64,000 nucleotides of DNA from Patescibacteria group bacterium (GCA_028692765.1 JAQUWT010000001.1:15695-79694); one strand, 5' to 3'; positions 8,941-18,495 are shown, counted from the stretch's first letter. Made by a program: numbers and translations. Notes: generated from the letters alone by a model not told the origin.

Positions 8941-9822
8941 ATGCCGGAATTACCCGAAGTGGAAACCGTGCGCCGGGATTTGCAAAAATATATTGTCGGC
9001 GCCAGTTTCCAGAGTGTAAAAATTATCGATTTTAAGAATGTCGCTCCCGGGGCGGCTTTTTTGGCTAAGTTTTTGCCCGGCAAGAAAGTGGTGGCGGTCA
9101 GGCGCCGGGGCAAGCTGCTTATTTTGGATTTGGCGGGTACGGACGAATATCTGCTCCTGCATCTGAAGATGACCGGCCAGCTTATCTTTATCGGCGGCAA
9201 TAAAAAGATGGCCGGCGGGCACAGTTTGTCGGATGCTTCCTTTGCGGCGGCGGTCGGCGGGGAATTGCCGAATAAATTTACCCGCGCTTATTTTGAATTT
9301 GATAACGGCGGCCGCCTGTTTTTCAATGATTTGCGTAAATTCGGTTACATAAAATTAGTTGACGGAAAGTCTTTAGATAAGATTCTGGCGGATAATTACG
9401 GACCGGAGCCCTTAGATAAAGATTTGGATTTTCATTATTTGCAGGCGATGGTTGCCAAGAGACAGGCGCCGATTAAGGCGGTGATTCTCAATCAGAAGCT
9501 TATCGCCGGCCTAGGCAATATCTACGCCGATGAATCTCTATTTATCGCCGGCATTAAGCCCAACCGGTCGGCTAGCAGTCTAAAATCAGCGGAAATAGAG
9601 AAGCTGCAAGCGGCGATGAGAGATATCATCAAGCGGGCGATTAAAGCTAGAGGCACGACTTTTCGCAATTTTGTTGATGGACAAGGGAAGAAAGGCAATT
9701 TTGTGGCGCAATTGCAGGTCTATCAGCGCCAGGGCCAGGCCTGTCCGCAATGCGGCCGTAATTTACAGAAGATGAAAGTAGCCGGCCGTGGTACCCATTA
9801 TTGCCAATATTGTCAAAAATAA
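8941..9822 (+). CDS. mutM: Formamidopyrimidine-DNA glycosylase (Fpg)
   Basis: MPELPEVET N-terminus, HLKMTG, GLGNIYADE (H2TH), CPQC..CQYCQ zinc finger; start 8941. Confidence 0.97.
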   Translation: MPELPEVETVRRDLQKYIVGASFQSVKIIDFKNVAPGAAFLAKFLPGKKVVAVRRRGKLLILDLAGTDEYLLLHLKMTGQLIFIGGNKKMAGGHSLSDASFAAAVGGELPNKFTRAYFEFDNGGRLFFNDLRKFGYIKLVDGKSLDKILADNYGPEPLDKDLDFHYLQAMVAKRQAPIKAVILNQKLIAGLGNIYADESLFIAGIKPNRSASSLKSAEIEKLQAAMRDIIKRAIKARGTTFRNFVDGQGKKGNFVAQLQVYQRQGQACPQCGRNLQKMKVAGRGTHYCQYCQK

Positions 9823-9967
9823 GGATTTTTACTCTATTTATAGCCAATCATTTGACTTTTATCCTGTTTTTATCTATTGTATTAGGGTAATTAATTTCTA
9901 AGCGTGAACGGCTGACCCGCGTGTTCAAGATTTTCAAGAATCGCGCTCCGCTCGTTTTTTCCTTACT

Positions 9968-10123
9968 ATGTCCCAGGACAACATGATTAAACTTGAATGC
10001 ACCGAGTGCAAGACCGTCAATTATTTTTCCCGCAAGAACAAGAAGACCTTGAAGGAAAGATTGGAAATGATGAAGTATTGCGATACCTGCAAAAAGCACA
10101 CTCTGCACAAGGAAACAAAATAA
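9968..10123 (+). CDS. rpmG: 50S ribosomal protein L33 (Zn-binding form), not in ORF track
   Basis: [51 protein letters not shown]. Confidence 0.95.
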   Translation: MSQDNMIKLECTECKTVNYFSRKNKKTLKERLEMMKYCDTCKKHTLHKETK

Positions 10124-10206
10124 ATTTTTTCCGGCCGCTTTTTGCGGCTCGGTTTTTATAAACTTGGTTTTTATTCCGGCCGCTTCGGCGGCCGCCCCAT
10201 GCAATT

Positions 10207-11385
10207 ATGACTAAAAGCCTGACTAAGCCTTTCCTGCTAATCCTTTTGGGATTGGTGCTGGTGGGTTGCTATTTCGTTTTTCGCCCCTTTTTAACGGAAA
10301 TTCTGGTGGCCGCTATTTTGGCTTCCATTTTTTATACCCCATATCTTAAATTGACCAAATTTTTAAAAGGGCGCCAAAATCTGGCCGCCCTTTTAATGTG
10401 TCTTTTTTTGGTGATGCTGATTATCATTCCGACGGTGCGCCTGGTTATCTATGCCGGCCAGCAGTCGGTGACCGCTTATGCGCAGGCAGTTAACTTCTTC
10501 AATAGCCACAGTATTAACGGCGTGATTCAGCCCAGTGCCTTGCCGGAAAAGCTGTTTGGCACTATTAATCTTGCCCAGTATTATGACAACCAGACTTTCA
10601 AGAATCTATTCTTAGATATTTTAAAGCAATCAAGCAATTGGTTGTTATCGGGCGCAACGATGCTGGTAAAAGGCACGACTAATTTTATTGTTTCCTTGTT
10701 CGTGATTATCATTACCATGTTCTTCTTTTTTGTCGACGGCAAGAAGATGTTGGAGCGCTTGATGTATCTTTCTCCTCTGCCCAATGTCTATGACCGGGAA
10801 ATTTTTCAAAAGTTTAGGACTGTTAGCTACACCACCATTTTATCTACCTTCGTGACCGCTTCGGCGCAGGGCCTGGTCGGAGCCATCGGTTTCGCTATTG
10901 TCGGCTTTCCCGCTTTCTTGGCCGGCGTTATTGTCGCTCTCTTGTCGCTTCTGCCTTATCTCGGTTCCATGATTTTCTATGTGCCGGTCGGCCTGTACTA
11001 TCTTTTGGTAGGCAAGATTTGGCAGGGTATCTTTATTCTCCTCTGGGGTGCGATTGTCATCGGCAATATCGACAATATTATCCGCGCCTATATGATAAAA
11101 GGCAAGGCGCAGGTGAATCCGATTTTTGTGGTCTTTTCCATTCTGGGCGGCATCGTGCTCTTCGGTTTCTGGGGCGTCGTCCTCGGTCCGCTGATTATTG
11201 CTATTGCCGTCACCATTTTCCATATCTATGAGTTGGAATTCTGTGATTCGCTTGACGGCGGCTGCAATGCCGAGACCAGAGAGGTAAAAATTGCTGAAAA
11301 GAAGGTTAGGGAAGAGCGGGAGGAAGAAGCAGAAAAAGAGAAAAAAAGACATAAGGAGACTTTGAAAAAATTGGGACGAAGATAA
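10207..11385 (+). CDS. AI-2E family transporter
   Basis: Polytopic; IDNIIRAYM..., HP-like NPIFVVFSILGG..FGFWGVVLGP signature. Confidence 0.9.
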   Translation: MTKSLTKPFLLILLGLVLVGCYFVFRPFLTEILVAAILASIFYTPYLKLTKFLKGRQNLAALLMCLFLVMLIIIPTVRLVIYAGQQSVTAYAQAVNFFNSHSINGVIQPSALPEKLFGTINLAQYYDNQTFKNLFLDILKQSSNWLLSGATMLVKGTTNFIVSLFVIIITMFFFFVDGKKMLERLMYLSPLPNVYDREIFQKFRTVSYTTILSTFVTASAQGLVGAIGFAIVGFPAFLAGVIVALLSLLPYLGSMIFYVPVGLYYLLVGKIWQGIFILLWGAIVIGNIDNIIRAYMIKGKAQVNPIFVVFSILGGIVLFGFWGVVLGPLIIAIAVTIFHIYELEFCDSLDGGCNAETREVKIAEKKVREEREEEAEKEKKRHKETLKKLGRR

Positions 11386-11399
11386 TTAAGATTAATAAT

Positions 11400-11930
11400 A
11401 TGCTGGGAGAAAAAACTAAAAAGAATTTAGAAACTGCTTTTGCCGGTGAATCGATGGCGCGCAATAAGTATGATTATTTCGCCTCCGTTGCCCGCAAGGC
11501 CGGTTATGTCCAGATTGCTAATATTTTTACTGAAAGCGCTTTAAACGAAAAAGAGCACGCCAAGCTCTGGGCGAAGCAATTGGAATTAATTAGCGAAGAT
11601 ACCCTGAAGAATCTGGCCGAAGCGGTTAAGGGCGAAACTTATGAATATTCGGAAATGTATCAGCAGATGGCGGCCGATGCCGCCGAAGAGGGGCATCATG
11701 AATTAGCGGCTTTATTCCGCAATGTCGCCAAAGCGGAACAGGCGCATGCCGCCCGTTATCAGAAATTGCATGATAATTTGGAGCAGGGAGAAGTGTTTAA
11801 GAAAAAGGAAGTGAAGCGGTGGAAATGTAATAATTGCGGCTATATCCATGAAGGCACGGAAGCGCCGGAGAAGTGTCCCTCTTGCCAGCATCCGCAAGCG
11901 CATTTTGAAATCTTTGTAGAAACTTATTAA
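11400..11930 (+). CDS. rbr: Rubrerythrin
   Basis: AFAGESMARNKY, EKEHA, EQAH di-iron motifs; C-terminal WKCNNCG...CPSC rubredoxin-like domain. Confidence 0.95.
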   Translation: MLGEKTKKNLETAFAGESMARNKYDYFASVARKAGYVQIANIFTESALNEKEHAKLWAKQLELISEDTLKNLAEAVKGETYEYSEMYQQMAADAAEEGHHELAALFRNVAKAEQAHAARYQKLHDNLEQGEVFKKKEVKRWKCNNCGYIHEGTEAPEKCPSCQHPQAHFEIFVETY

Positions 11931-11940
11931 TTTTAACTAT

Positions 11941-12081
11941 ATGAGTGATAGAGTGGATAAAACTTATTTTTGCCGGACTTGCGGCAATGAGGTCAAGTTC
12001 GTTAAAGACGGCGGCGGCCAGTTGATTTGTTGCGGCCACCCGATGGAAATTAGGAAGCCGGGCTTTGACGGGGAAGAATAG
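11941..12081 (+). CDS. Desulforedoxin-like FeS4 mini-protein (46 aa), not in ORF track
   Basis: MSDRVDKTYFCRTCGNEVKFVKDGGGQLICCGHPMEIRKPGFDGEE*: YxCxxCGN...GGxLxCCGxPM signature. Confidence 0.88.
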   Translation: MSDRVDKTYFCRTCGNEVKFVKDGGGQLICCGHPMEIRKPGFDGEE

Positions 12082-12283
12082 GCTTTTGTTTGATAGATGA
12101 TAATAAAACCGCCAAACCGGCGGTTTTATTGGTTCTTTGGCGAAGGGATATTTGTAAAAATCAATTTTCTGTGTATAATAAACCGCATACTGAAAGAGTG
12201 CTTGTCAATTAGATATAAAGATAGTAAGATATTAAAAGAAATTTTTTATTTTTATCAAAAGATTGCGGATTTTAGTTAAAATT

Positions 12284-12354
12284 GCGGGATTGGTGTAGTG
12301 GTAACATGCGACTCTCCAAAAGTTGAGACGGGGGTTCGATTCCCTCATCCCGTG
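12284..12354 (+). tRNA. tRNA-Trp(CCA)
   Basis: gcgggat/atcccgt acceptor, cgact-ctCCAaa-agttg anticodon arm, ggggg-ttcgatt-ccctc T-arm. Confidence 0.92.
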
Positions 12355-12357
12355 CGT
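12343..12357 (+). repeat. attL-like direct repeat (tRNA-Trp 3' end)
   Basis: CCTCATCCCGTGCGT. Confidence 0.85.
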
Positions 12358-12542
12358 GGACATTTCTGTGTAAAATGACCCGAAAACCGAGCATTTTTGA
12401 GTTCTAAACCCACAAAGGTGCTAGTCACCTTGGTGGGAATCGGAACAGCACAGAAAGCAATATTCTAGCAAAAGCACCTCGAAGGGGGTGTTTTTGCTAT
12501 GGGAACGGAGATTAAAATATGGTATTATAATATTGTAATATT

Positions 12543-13325
12543 ATGCCAAATTTTAATGATTTAAATTTAGAAAACTGGAAAGATTCTGATATCTGGACAG
12601 ATAGCCTTTGGATTATTCAGGAACGTGATAAATCGGGGAAACACGATGGTTTTTATCATGGAAATTTTGTGCCACAGATTCCTCGTCAACTTATAAAAAG
12701 ATATACCAAAGAGGGGGATGTCGTTTTTGATCCATTTTTAGGAAGTGGCACAACTGCTTATGAATGCGAAACTCTAAAAAGACATTTTATTGGGATTGAA
12801 ATACAGCCTAGTTTAGTAAGGCACGTTCAAACAAAGCTGGACAGTAAGAAAAATTTTTTTGAGATCTTGGCGGCTGATAGTACTGAGGAAAAAACATTTA
12901 TTAAGGTTAGTGAATCGCTAAAAAAGCATCGTCGCACTAAAGTCCAATTGGCAATACTGCACCCGCCATATGCCAACATAATTAAATTTAGCGATAATAA
13001 GAAAGATTTATCAAATGCCAAGGATTTAAGGCAGTTTCTTGACGAATTTTCAAGTGTAGTTAAAAATACTTTAACCATCCTAGAAAAGGGAAGGTATATG
13101 GCTATTGTTATGGGTGATAAATATGAACAGGGTAAGTGGATTCCTTTAGGATTTTATTGTATGAATGAAGCTTATAAGCTTGGATTAACTTTAAAGAGTG
13201 TTATAGTTAAGAATATGGAAGGCAACAGAGCAAAGCAGAATAAAGAGGGTATTTGGCGTTATAGAGCCCTGGCAAGTGATTATTATATTTTTAAACACGA
13301 ATATATATTAATTTTCAAATATTAG
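12543..13325 (+). CDS. Amino (N4/N6) DNA methyltransferase
   Basis: DPFLGSGTT SAM motif followed by HPPY catalytic motif; HGNFVPQIPRQLI. Confidence 0.88.
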   Translation: MPNFNDLNLENWKDSDIWTDSLWIIQERDKSGKHDGFYHGNFVPQIPRQLIKRYTKEGDVVFDPFLGSGTTAYECETLKRHFIGIEIQPSLVRHVQTKLDSKKNFFEILAADSTEEKTFIKVSESLKKHRRTKVQLAILHPPYANIIKFSDNKKDLSNAKDLRQFLDEFSSVVKNTLTILEKGRYMAIVMGDKYEQGKWIPLGFYCMNEAYKLGLTLKSVIVKNMEGNRAKQNKEGIWRYRALASDYYIFKHEYILIFKY

Positions 13326-13326
13326 T

Positions 13327-14007
13327 ATGACAAATAATGAATTATTTCTAGAACTTGCGAAACCAAACAAAGACGGAGTAAGTCGTTGGGTTCCAGTTTC
13401 AGAATTTATTGGTAAATATAAAAAACTTCAGCTCGGAAATGGTGGAAGTTGGTGTCGAGCTAGCTCGAGTTTGGCGAAGAAATATATCGTTGAATTTGAT
13501 AAAAGCAAAACGGCCGGAAATTCAATCGATAGAGTTCGCTTAATTGGTTTTAATAAAAAAAAGATATTAAACCAAAATATTAGAAAGGATATAAAAGATT
13601 TTTATAAAGTGCAAAATTGTGTAATGCTTGGGGTTAATGGTAGCTCTGAGAATACAAAAATTGAAATTGATCATAAAGACGGTAGAAAAGAAGATCATAG
13701 ACTTTCAAATTTATCAGAACAACAAATCACTGATTTTCAGCCACTTTCAAAAGCGGCAAATGATATTAAAAGACAGATTTGTAAAAGATGTAAGGAAACC
13801 AATAAGCGTTGGAATGCTAAAAACATCAAGGGGAATCCATTTGATTTTTACGCAGGAGACGAAAATTATTCTGAAGAATTAGGATGCAAAGGTTGTTACC
13901 AGTATGATCCGGTGGAGTATAGGAAAGTTGTGGTTAGAAAGGTTGGCGAACTATCAGCCAGGGAAGCAGTTGATAAAGTTTTTAAAAAATTATATCCAGA
14001 AGGATAA
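13327..14007 (+). CDS. NlaIII/IceA1-like HNH restriction endonuclease (predicted CATG)
   Basis: LFLELAKP..GVSRWV, LGNGGSWCR, IEIDHKDGRK, KRQICKRC, GCKGCYQYDP motifs as I recall them from NlaIII and H. pylori IceA1. Confidence 0.88.
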   Translation: MTNNELFLELAKPNKDGVSRWVPVSEFIGKYKKLQLGNGGSWCRASSSLAKKYIVEFDKSKTAGNSIDRVRLIGFNKKKILNQNIRKDIKDFYKVQNCVMLGVNGSSENTKIEIDHKDGRKEDHRLSNLSEQQITDFQPLSKAANDIKRQICKRCKETNKRWNAKNIKGNPFDFYAGDENYSEELGCKGCYQYDPVEYRKVVVRKVGELSAREAVDKVFKKLYPEG

Positions 14008-14016
14008 TGATAAAGT

Positions 14017-15699
14017 ATGAATAACTCTCCTCAAAAATCTGCAATAAATTCTCAAATTAACGATTTGATTAGTTTGAAATATTTAGGTTTAAATAAAGGA
14101 TTGCAAAGAGGTGCGGCATTTAACGAATTATCTGCCTCAATAATATGCGAGTCTGATATTCAGTCTGAAGACATTGTGGATGGTGATGATGACAATGGTC
14201 TCGATGTTGTTTTTATAAACTCTAATGACCAGGGAATTTTTATAAACATATTAAATTGTAAATCATCAGAAACTGAAAAATTTTCCGAGGTTGAGTTGGG
14301 TAAAATTAAAAATGGTTTATTTTATACATTTGAGGCTGATAAAAAAAAATATAAAAAACTAGAAAATCAAAACCTTTTAGCAAAAATAGAAGAAATAAGA
14401 GAAGACAAAGAAAATATCGTGGAGGTTAACTGTTTTTATTGTGCTTTTAGCGGTGATAATAATAAAGATAAAAAAATAAAAAGAGAAGTGGAGGAAATTC
14501 AAAATTATTTTAGCGAATATTTTAAAACAGTTTATCCAAATGCAAAATTTAATTTAAGTTTAATAAATGCAGAAGATTTATTCTACATAGATGCTCAGAG
14601 AAAACAGAGCCTTAGAAATGAAAAAATTTCTATACCGTATTATGGTGATAAAGTTATTTCAAATGAAGTAGAAACAGAAAAAATTGATGGAAGATTAGCA
14701 ACAGTAAGAGGAGAGGAAATTGCAAAGTTGGTTGAAAAATACGGAGAGTCTTTATTTGAAAAAAATGTTAGAGGTTGGATGAGCTTCAGAAAATATAATA
14801 AAGATATTTTATATTCCTGTTCCTCTGATAATGAATCGGAGCTTTTTTGGTTTTTAAATAATGGATTAACTATAGTATGTGATAAATGTGTTCCAGAGCC
14901 AGATAAGAAAATTTTAAAGTTAACAGCACCACAAATAATCAACGGACAACAAACCGCCAGAGTTTTAGAAAAAGCTTATAAGGATGGTATTTTAAAAGAA
15001 AATGTTAAAGTTTTATTAAAAATTTATGTAACTACTGCTCCTGATATAATAATTAAAGTTGCGAAAGCGACAAATAGCCAGCTTGTAGTCAAATCTCGCG
15101 ACTTAGTTTCTAATAATACTGAACAACTAGCTATTCAAAATGAATTTATAAGAAATAAATATGGTTATGAGAGACAGCGTGGTGAAAAAAAATCTAAGAC
15201 TGCTGACATAAAAGAAAATTTTAATAATTTTTTTGTAGCTCAATCAGTTCTATCTACTTTATTTGGGCAACCAAGCTTTGCAAAGAAAAAACAGGAGGAT
15301 AAGATTTTTGGAGAACCAAATTATTCCAAGATATTTAGAAATAATTCTGTGGATGAAATATTGACGGTTACTTTGTTGTGTAATTTCTGTTTAGGTGAAG
15401 GGCTTAAGCTGGAAAGAAAAAATATATCTGATCAAATAAAGTATTTTGCCTTTTTTCATATTGCCAGAATAATATGGTTTAATCTAAAAAATAAGGAAAA
15501 AATGAAAAATGATGAAATAATATCAATTATTCAAAATCATAAAAACAAGAAAAAATTAAATAATATATACACTAAAGCTTCTAATATATTATTAGGTGTA
15601 TATAAAAAATATAATAAGAAAGAAAAAATTATAAGTATTGGGCATTTGTTTTCTAGGTTGGAAGTTGATAAAGATATAAATAAATTATTATTTAAATGA
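14017..15699 (+). CDS. AIPR (abortive infection phage resistance) family protein
   Basis: LFEKNVRGW, FWFLNNGLTIVC, PQIINGQQT, ATNSQ motifs; N-terminal DxGLD..NCK nuclease-like segment. Confidence 0.88.
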   Translation: MNNSPQKSAINSQINDLISLKYLGLNKGLQRGAAFNELSASIICESDIQSEDIVDGDDDNGLDVVFINSNDQGIFINILNCKSSETEKFSEVELGKIKNGLFYTFEADKKKYKKLENQNLLAKIEEIREDKENIVEVNCFYCAFSGDNNKDKKIKREVEEIQNYFSEYFKTVYPNAKFNLSLINAEDLFYIDAQRKQSLRNEKISIPYYGDKVISNEVETEKIDGRLATVRGEEIAKLVEKYGESLFEKNVRGWMSFRKYNKDILYSCSSDNESELFWFLNNGLTIVCDKCVPEPDKKILKLTAPQIINGQQTARVLEKAYKDGILKENVKVLLKIYVTTAPDIIIKVAKATNSQLVVKSRDLVSNNTEQLAIQNEFIRNKYGYERQRGEKKSKTADIKENFNNFFVAQSVLSTLFGQPSFAKKKQEDKIFGEPNYSKIFRNNSVDEILTVTLLCNFCLGEGLKLERKNISDQIKYFAFFHIARIIWFNLKNKEKMKNDEIISIIQNHKNKKKLNNIYTKASNILLGVYKKYNKKEKIISIGHLFSRLEVDKDINKLLFK

Positions 15700-16757
15700 A
15701 TTACATAGGAAGTAAATTATCATTATTGGAGTTTTTAGAGGAATCAATTAATAAAGTAGTTAAAAAAGACTGCAATGTTTTTTGTGATCTTTTTGCTGGA
15801 ACGGGGGCGGTCGGGTCATATTTTAAAAGAAAAGGATATAAAGTTATATCTAATGATATCCAATATTATAGCTATGTTTTAAATAGACACTATATTAAAA
15901 ATCATCAACCACTTGAATTTAAAAAATTATTTGATGTTGTTAATGGCTTAGAAAAATCATCCGTTTCTGATAGAAGTATTTTAGTCGTAGAGTATTTGAA
16001 TAATTTAAAAGGTCAAAAGGGATTTATTTTTAATAATTATTGTTTGGGTGGAACTAAAAATAAAGCAGAACAAAGAATGTATTTTTCTGATGAAAATGGG
16101 GCTAAATGTGATGCAATTAGAAAAAAAATAGAGGAATGGAATAGTGCTAGTTTAATTAATGGAAATGAATATTACTTTTTGTTAGCCAGTTTAGTTGAGT
16201 CAATAGATAAATATGCAAATACAGCTTCAGTTTATGGAGCATTTCTTAAGCAACTAAAGAAATCAGCTCAAAAATTAATGGTGCTTCAACCGGCGGAGTT
16301 AATTATTAATGAACAAGACCATGAGGTATACAATGAAGATATTAATTCTGTTATCGGAAAAATAAAGGGTGATATTCTTTACTTAGATCCGCCGTATAAT
16401 CAAAGGCAGTATGCAACCAACTATCATGTATTAGAGACTATAGCCAAATATGACAAGCCCAAAGTGCATGGCAAAACTGGGCTAAGAGATTATTCTAAAC
16501 AAAAATCCTTATATTGTTCAAGAAATCAAGTTAAAAAATCATTTAAAGATTTGATTGATAACGCGAAAGTTAAATATATATTTTTAAGCTATAATAACGA
16601 GGGGCTGATGAGCGCTGATGATATTAAAGAAATTATGGGCGCGCGCGGTAAGTATGGTGTTTTCACGAAAGAATATTCTAGATTTAAAGCTGACAAGAAT
16701 AGAGAATATAAGGCTGAAAAAACCGTTGAATATTTACATTATGTAGTATGCCGTTAA
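15696..16757 (+). CDS. D12-class N6-adenine MTase, M.NlaIII/HpyIM-like (predicted CATG)
   Basis: MNYIGSK, DLFAGTG, ANTASVYGAFLK, YLDPPYNQRQY, FLSYNNEG. Confidence 0.9.
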   Translation: MNYIGSKLSLLEFLEESINKVVKKDCNVFCDLFAGTGAVGSYFKRKGYKVISNDIQYYSYVLNRHYIKNHQPLEFKKLFDVVNGLEKSSVSDRSILVVEYLNNLKGQKGFIFNNYCLGGTKNKAEQRMYFSDENGAKCDAIRKKIEEWNSASLINGNEYYFLLASLVESIDKYANTASVYGAFLKQLKKSAQKLMVLQPAELIINEQDHEVYNEDINSVIGKIKGDILYLDPPYNQRQYATNYHVLETIAKYDKPKVHGKTGLRDYSKQKSLYCSRNQVKKSFKDLIDNAKVKYIFLSYNNEGLMSADDIKEIMGARGKYGVFTKEYSRFKADKNREYKAEKTVEYLHYVVCR

Positions 16758-18469
16758 TAAATAAAATTTCAATAAAAAATTTTAAATGTTTTAGAAATAA
16801 AATTGATATTCCATTAAATCAAGGGAGTTATTTAATTGGTGCTAATAACGCAGGAAAAACAGCCGTACTTAATGCTATTAATTTCTTTTTTGATTCTTCT
16901 CTTTTTTTTGATGAGTCATTTTTAAACAGGACAAACTATTTGGCAAAAAAATCAGGATATAATAAGTCGGAAATTACTCTTAGTTTCGATTTAAGTTATA
17001 TATCTAATAGTTCACTTAAAAATAAGTTAGTAAAATTTTTTTCTTCCGAAATGGCAACAATTAAGAAGGTTATAATATTTTCTCCAGATTCTGGCAGTAT
17101 TAACTTGAGTTATGATATAAAGGGTAATAATTATACTTATGATGATTTAAATGAAAATGTTAAAAAAATGATTAGTAGTGTAAAGATTGTATATATACAC
17201 CCGCAAGAAGGTCGTGAATTGTTATTGAATGCTCAAAATAAACTACGTACGAGATTATTAGCAAATTGGGGGAGAAATGCTAAGCTTTCTCATAGTATCA
17301 AGGATCTGCAAGATAAATGGAGTGTTTTAAGAAAACAGGCCAGAGAATATCTTTCTGGATCTTTGTCAAATAGTCTACAAAATATGTGGCCAGGTGGATC
17401 TGCTTATATAGATTTACCAAAAGAAATTTCGGATATTGTGGCTATATCCGATATCACTTTTAAAGGTAATATTTCTTTGCCAGATATTAATTTAACAGCG
17501 CAAGGAACTGGCGCACAAACTACCATTTTATATTTAACTCATTATTTATTAGATAGCGATCGATCTTTACACAGAGGCGAATATCATCCAATTTGGCTAT
17601 TAGAGGAGCCGGAGTCATTTCTTCATGCTGATTTAATAGCAAAATTTGCATCTCAGCTAAATTCAGAATCTTGGATGAGCAATATACAGGTTGTGGTTTC
17701 TACGCATTCACCTATTTTACTTTCAGTAAGTAGAATGGGTAAGAATTTAGTTTCTTGGAGTTTGCTTGATAATTACGAACCACAGATATCAAAGAATGTT
17801 ATAGATTGGAGCCATGAAGAAATTTTTAATGTTGGCAAAAAAATGGGCGATCCAAATTTCTCAGTATATTTTTCCGTTTCACAAAATGGTCCTATTGTAT
17901 TTTTAGAAGACAAAAAAGATATTACAATAGATAGATTTAAAAAGGCCGGAATTTCCATTACTAGTGGGTTGGGCGGTGTTTCTGAGGTTGTTAGACATAT
18001 AAGTGTATTGATCTCAAGTCCTAGATTGTCGTCTAGCAAAATATACTATATAGTTGATGGCGATCGCGGCTTTAATAATTTTGTTAATTTTATTGATGGC
18101 GACCCCGTTAAGTCTATTGGGGGATTAAATAAGTTTCAATTAAAAGATTTAAATGATGTATATTTATTATCACTTCCAAAAAATAGAGCTATAGAAGAAA
18201 TGTTTGATGAGTATGAACCCTATTTGTTATCTTTAATTAATCAAATATGGGATCCGCATACCTGGAATTTTAGGCAAAAAATTCCTAGTGTTTTGTCAAC
18301 TATCTGCGCCTCTTCTAAGAAAAAAAATATAAATTCACTTGGCAGTGCTCAAAATGCTATAAAAAATTCTGATGATGTTAAATATATGTTTTGGAAAAAA
18401 GTTGAAAAAGAGAATTTAAGTTTTAGTAAAGTATTTATTTCTAATTTGGTAGCTATTCTAAATGATTAA
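16748..18469 (+). CDS. OLD-family/ABC-type ATPase with probable TOPRIM nuclease domain
   Basis: IKNFKCF, Walker A GANNAGKT, QGTG signature, Walker B LLEEPE, STHSP; C-terminal VFLED and YIVDGD (DxD). Confidence 0.8.
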   Translation: MPLINKISIKNFKCFRNKIDIPLNQGSYLIGANNAGKTAVLNAINFFFDSSLFFDESFLNRTNYLAKKSGYNKSEITLSFDLSYISNSSLKNKLVKFFSSEMATIKKVIIFSPDSGSINLSYDIKGNNYTYDDLNENVKKMISSVKIVYIHPQEGRELLLNAQNKLRTRLLANWGRNAKLSHSIKDLQDKWSVLRKQAREYLSGSLSNSLQNMWPGGSAYIDLPKEISDIVAISDITFKGNISLPDINLTAQGTGAQTTILYLTHYLLDSDRSLHRGEYHPIWLLEEPESFLHADLIAKFASQLNSESWMSNIQVVVSTHSPILLSVSRMGKNLVSWSLLDNYEPQISKNVIDWSHEEIFNVGKKMGDPNFSVYFSVSQNGPIVFLEDKKDITIDRFKKAGISITSGLGGVSEVVRHISVLISSPRLSSSKIYYIVDGDRGFNNFVNFIDGDPVKSIGGLNKFQLKDLNDVYLLSLPKNRAIEEMFDEYEPYLLSLINQIWDPHTWNFRQKIPSVLSTICASSKKKNINSLGSAQNAIKNSDDVKYMFWKKVEKENLSFSKVFISNLVAILND

Positions 18470-18495
18470 TTTTATAGTTTAATATTCAGGTACAA

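Noticed and set aside
9848-10204. 118-aa minus-strand ORF
   Set aside because: It is the antisense of the clearly recognisable rpmG.
12543-18469. CATG avoidance as support for R-M specificity
   Set aside because: CATG occurs several times within the operon (e.g. ~12657, ~16425, ~17624). Depletion cannot be claimed without counting.
16748-18469. Gabija or retron system
   Set aside because: No UvrD-like helicase or reverse transcriptase is adjacent.
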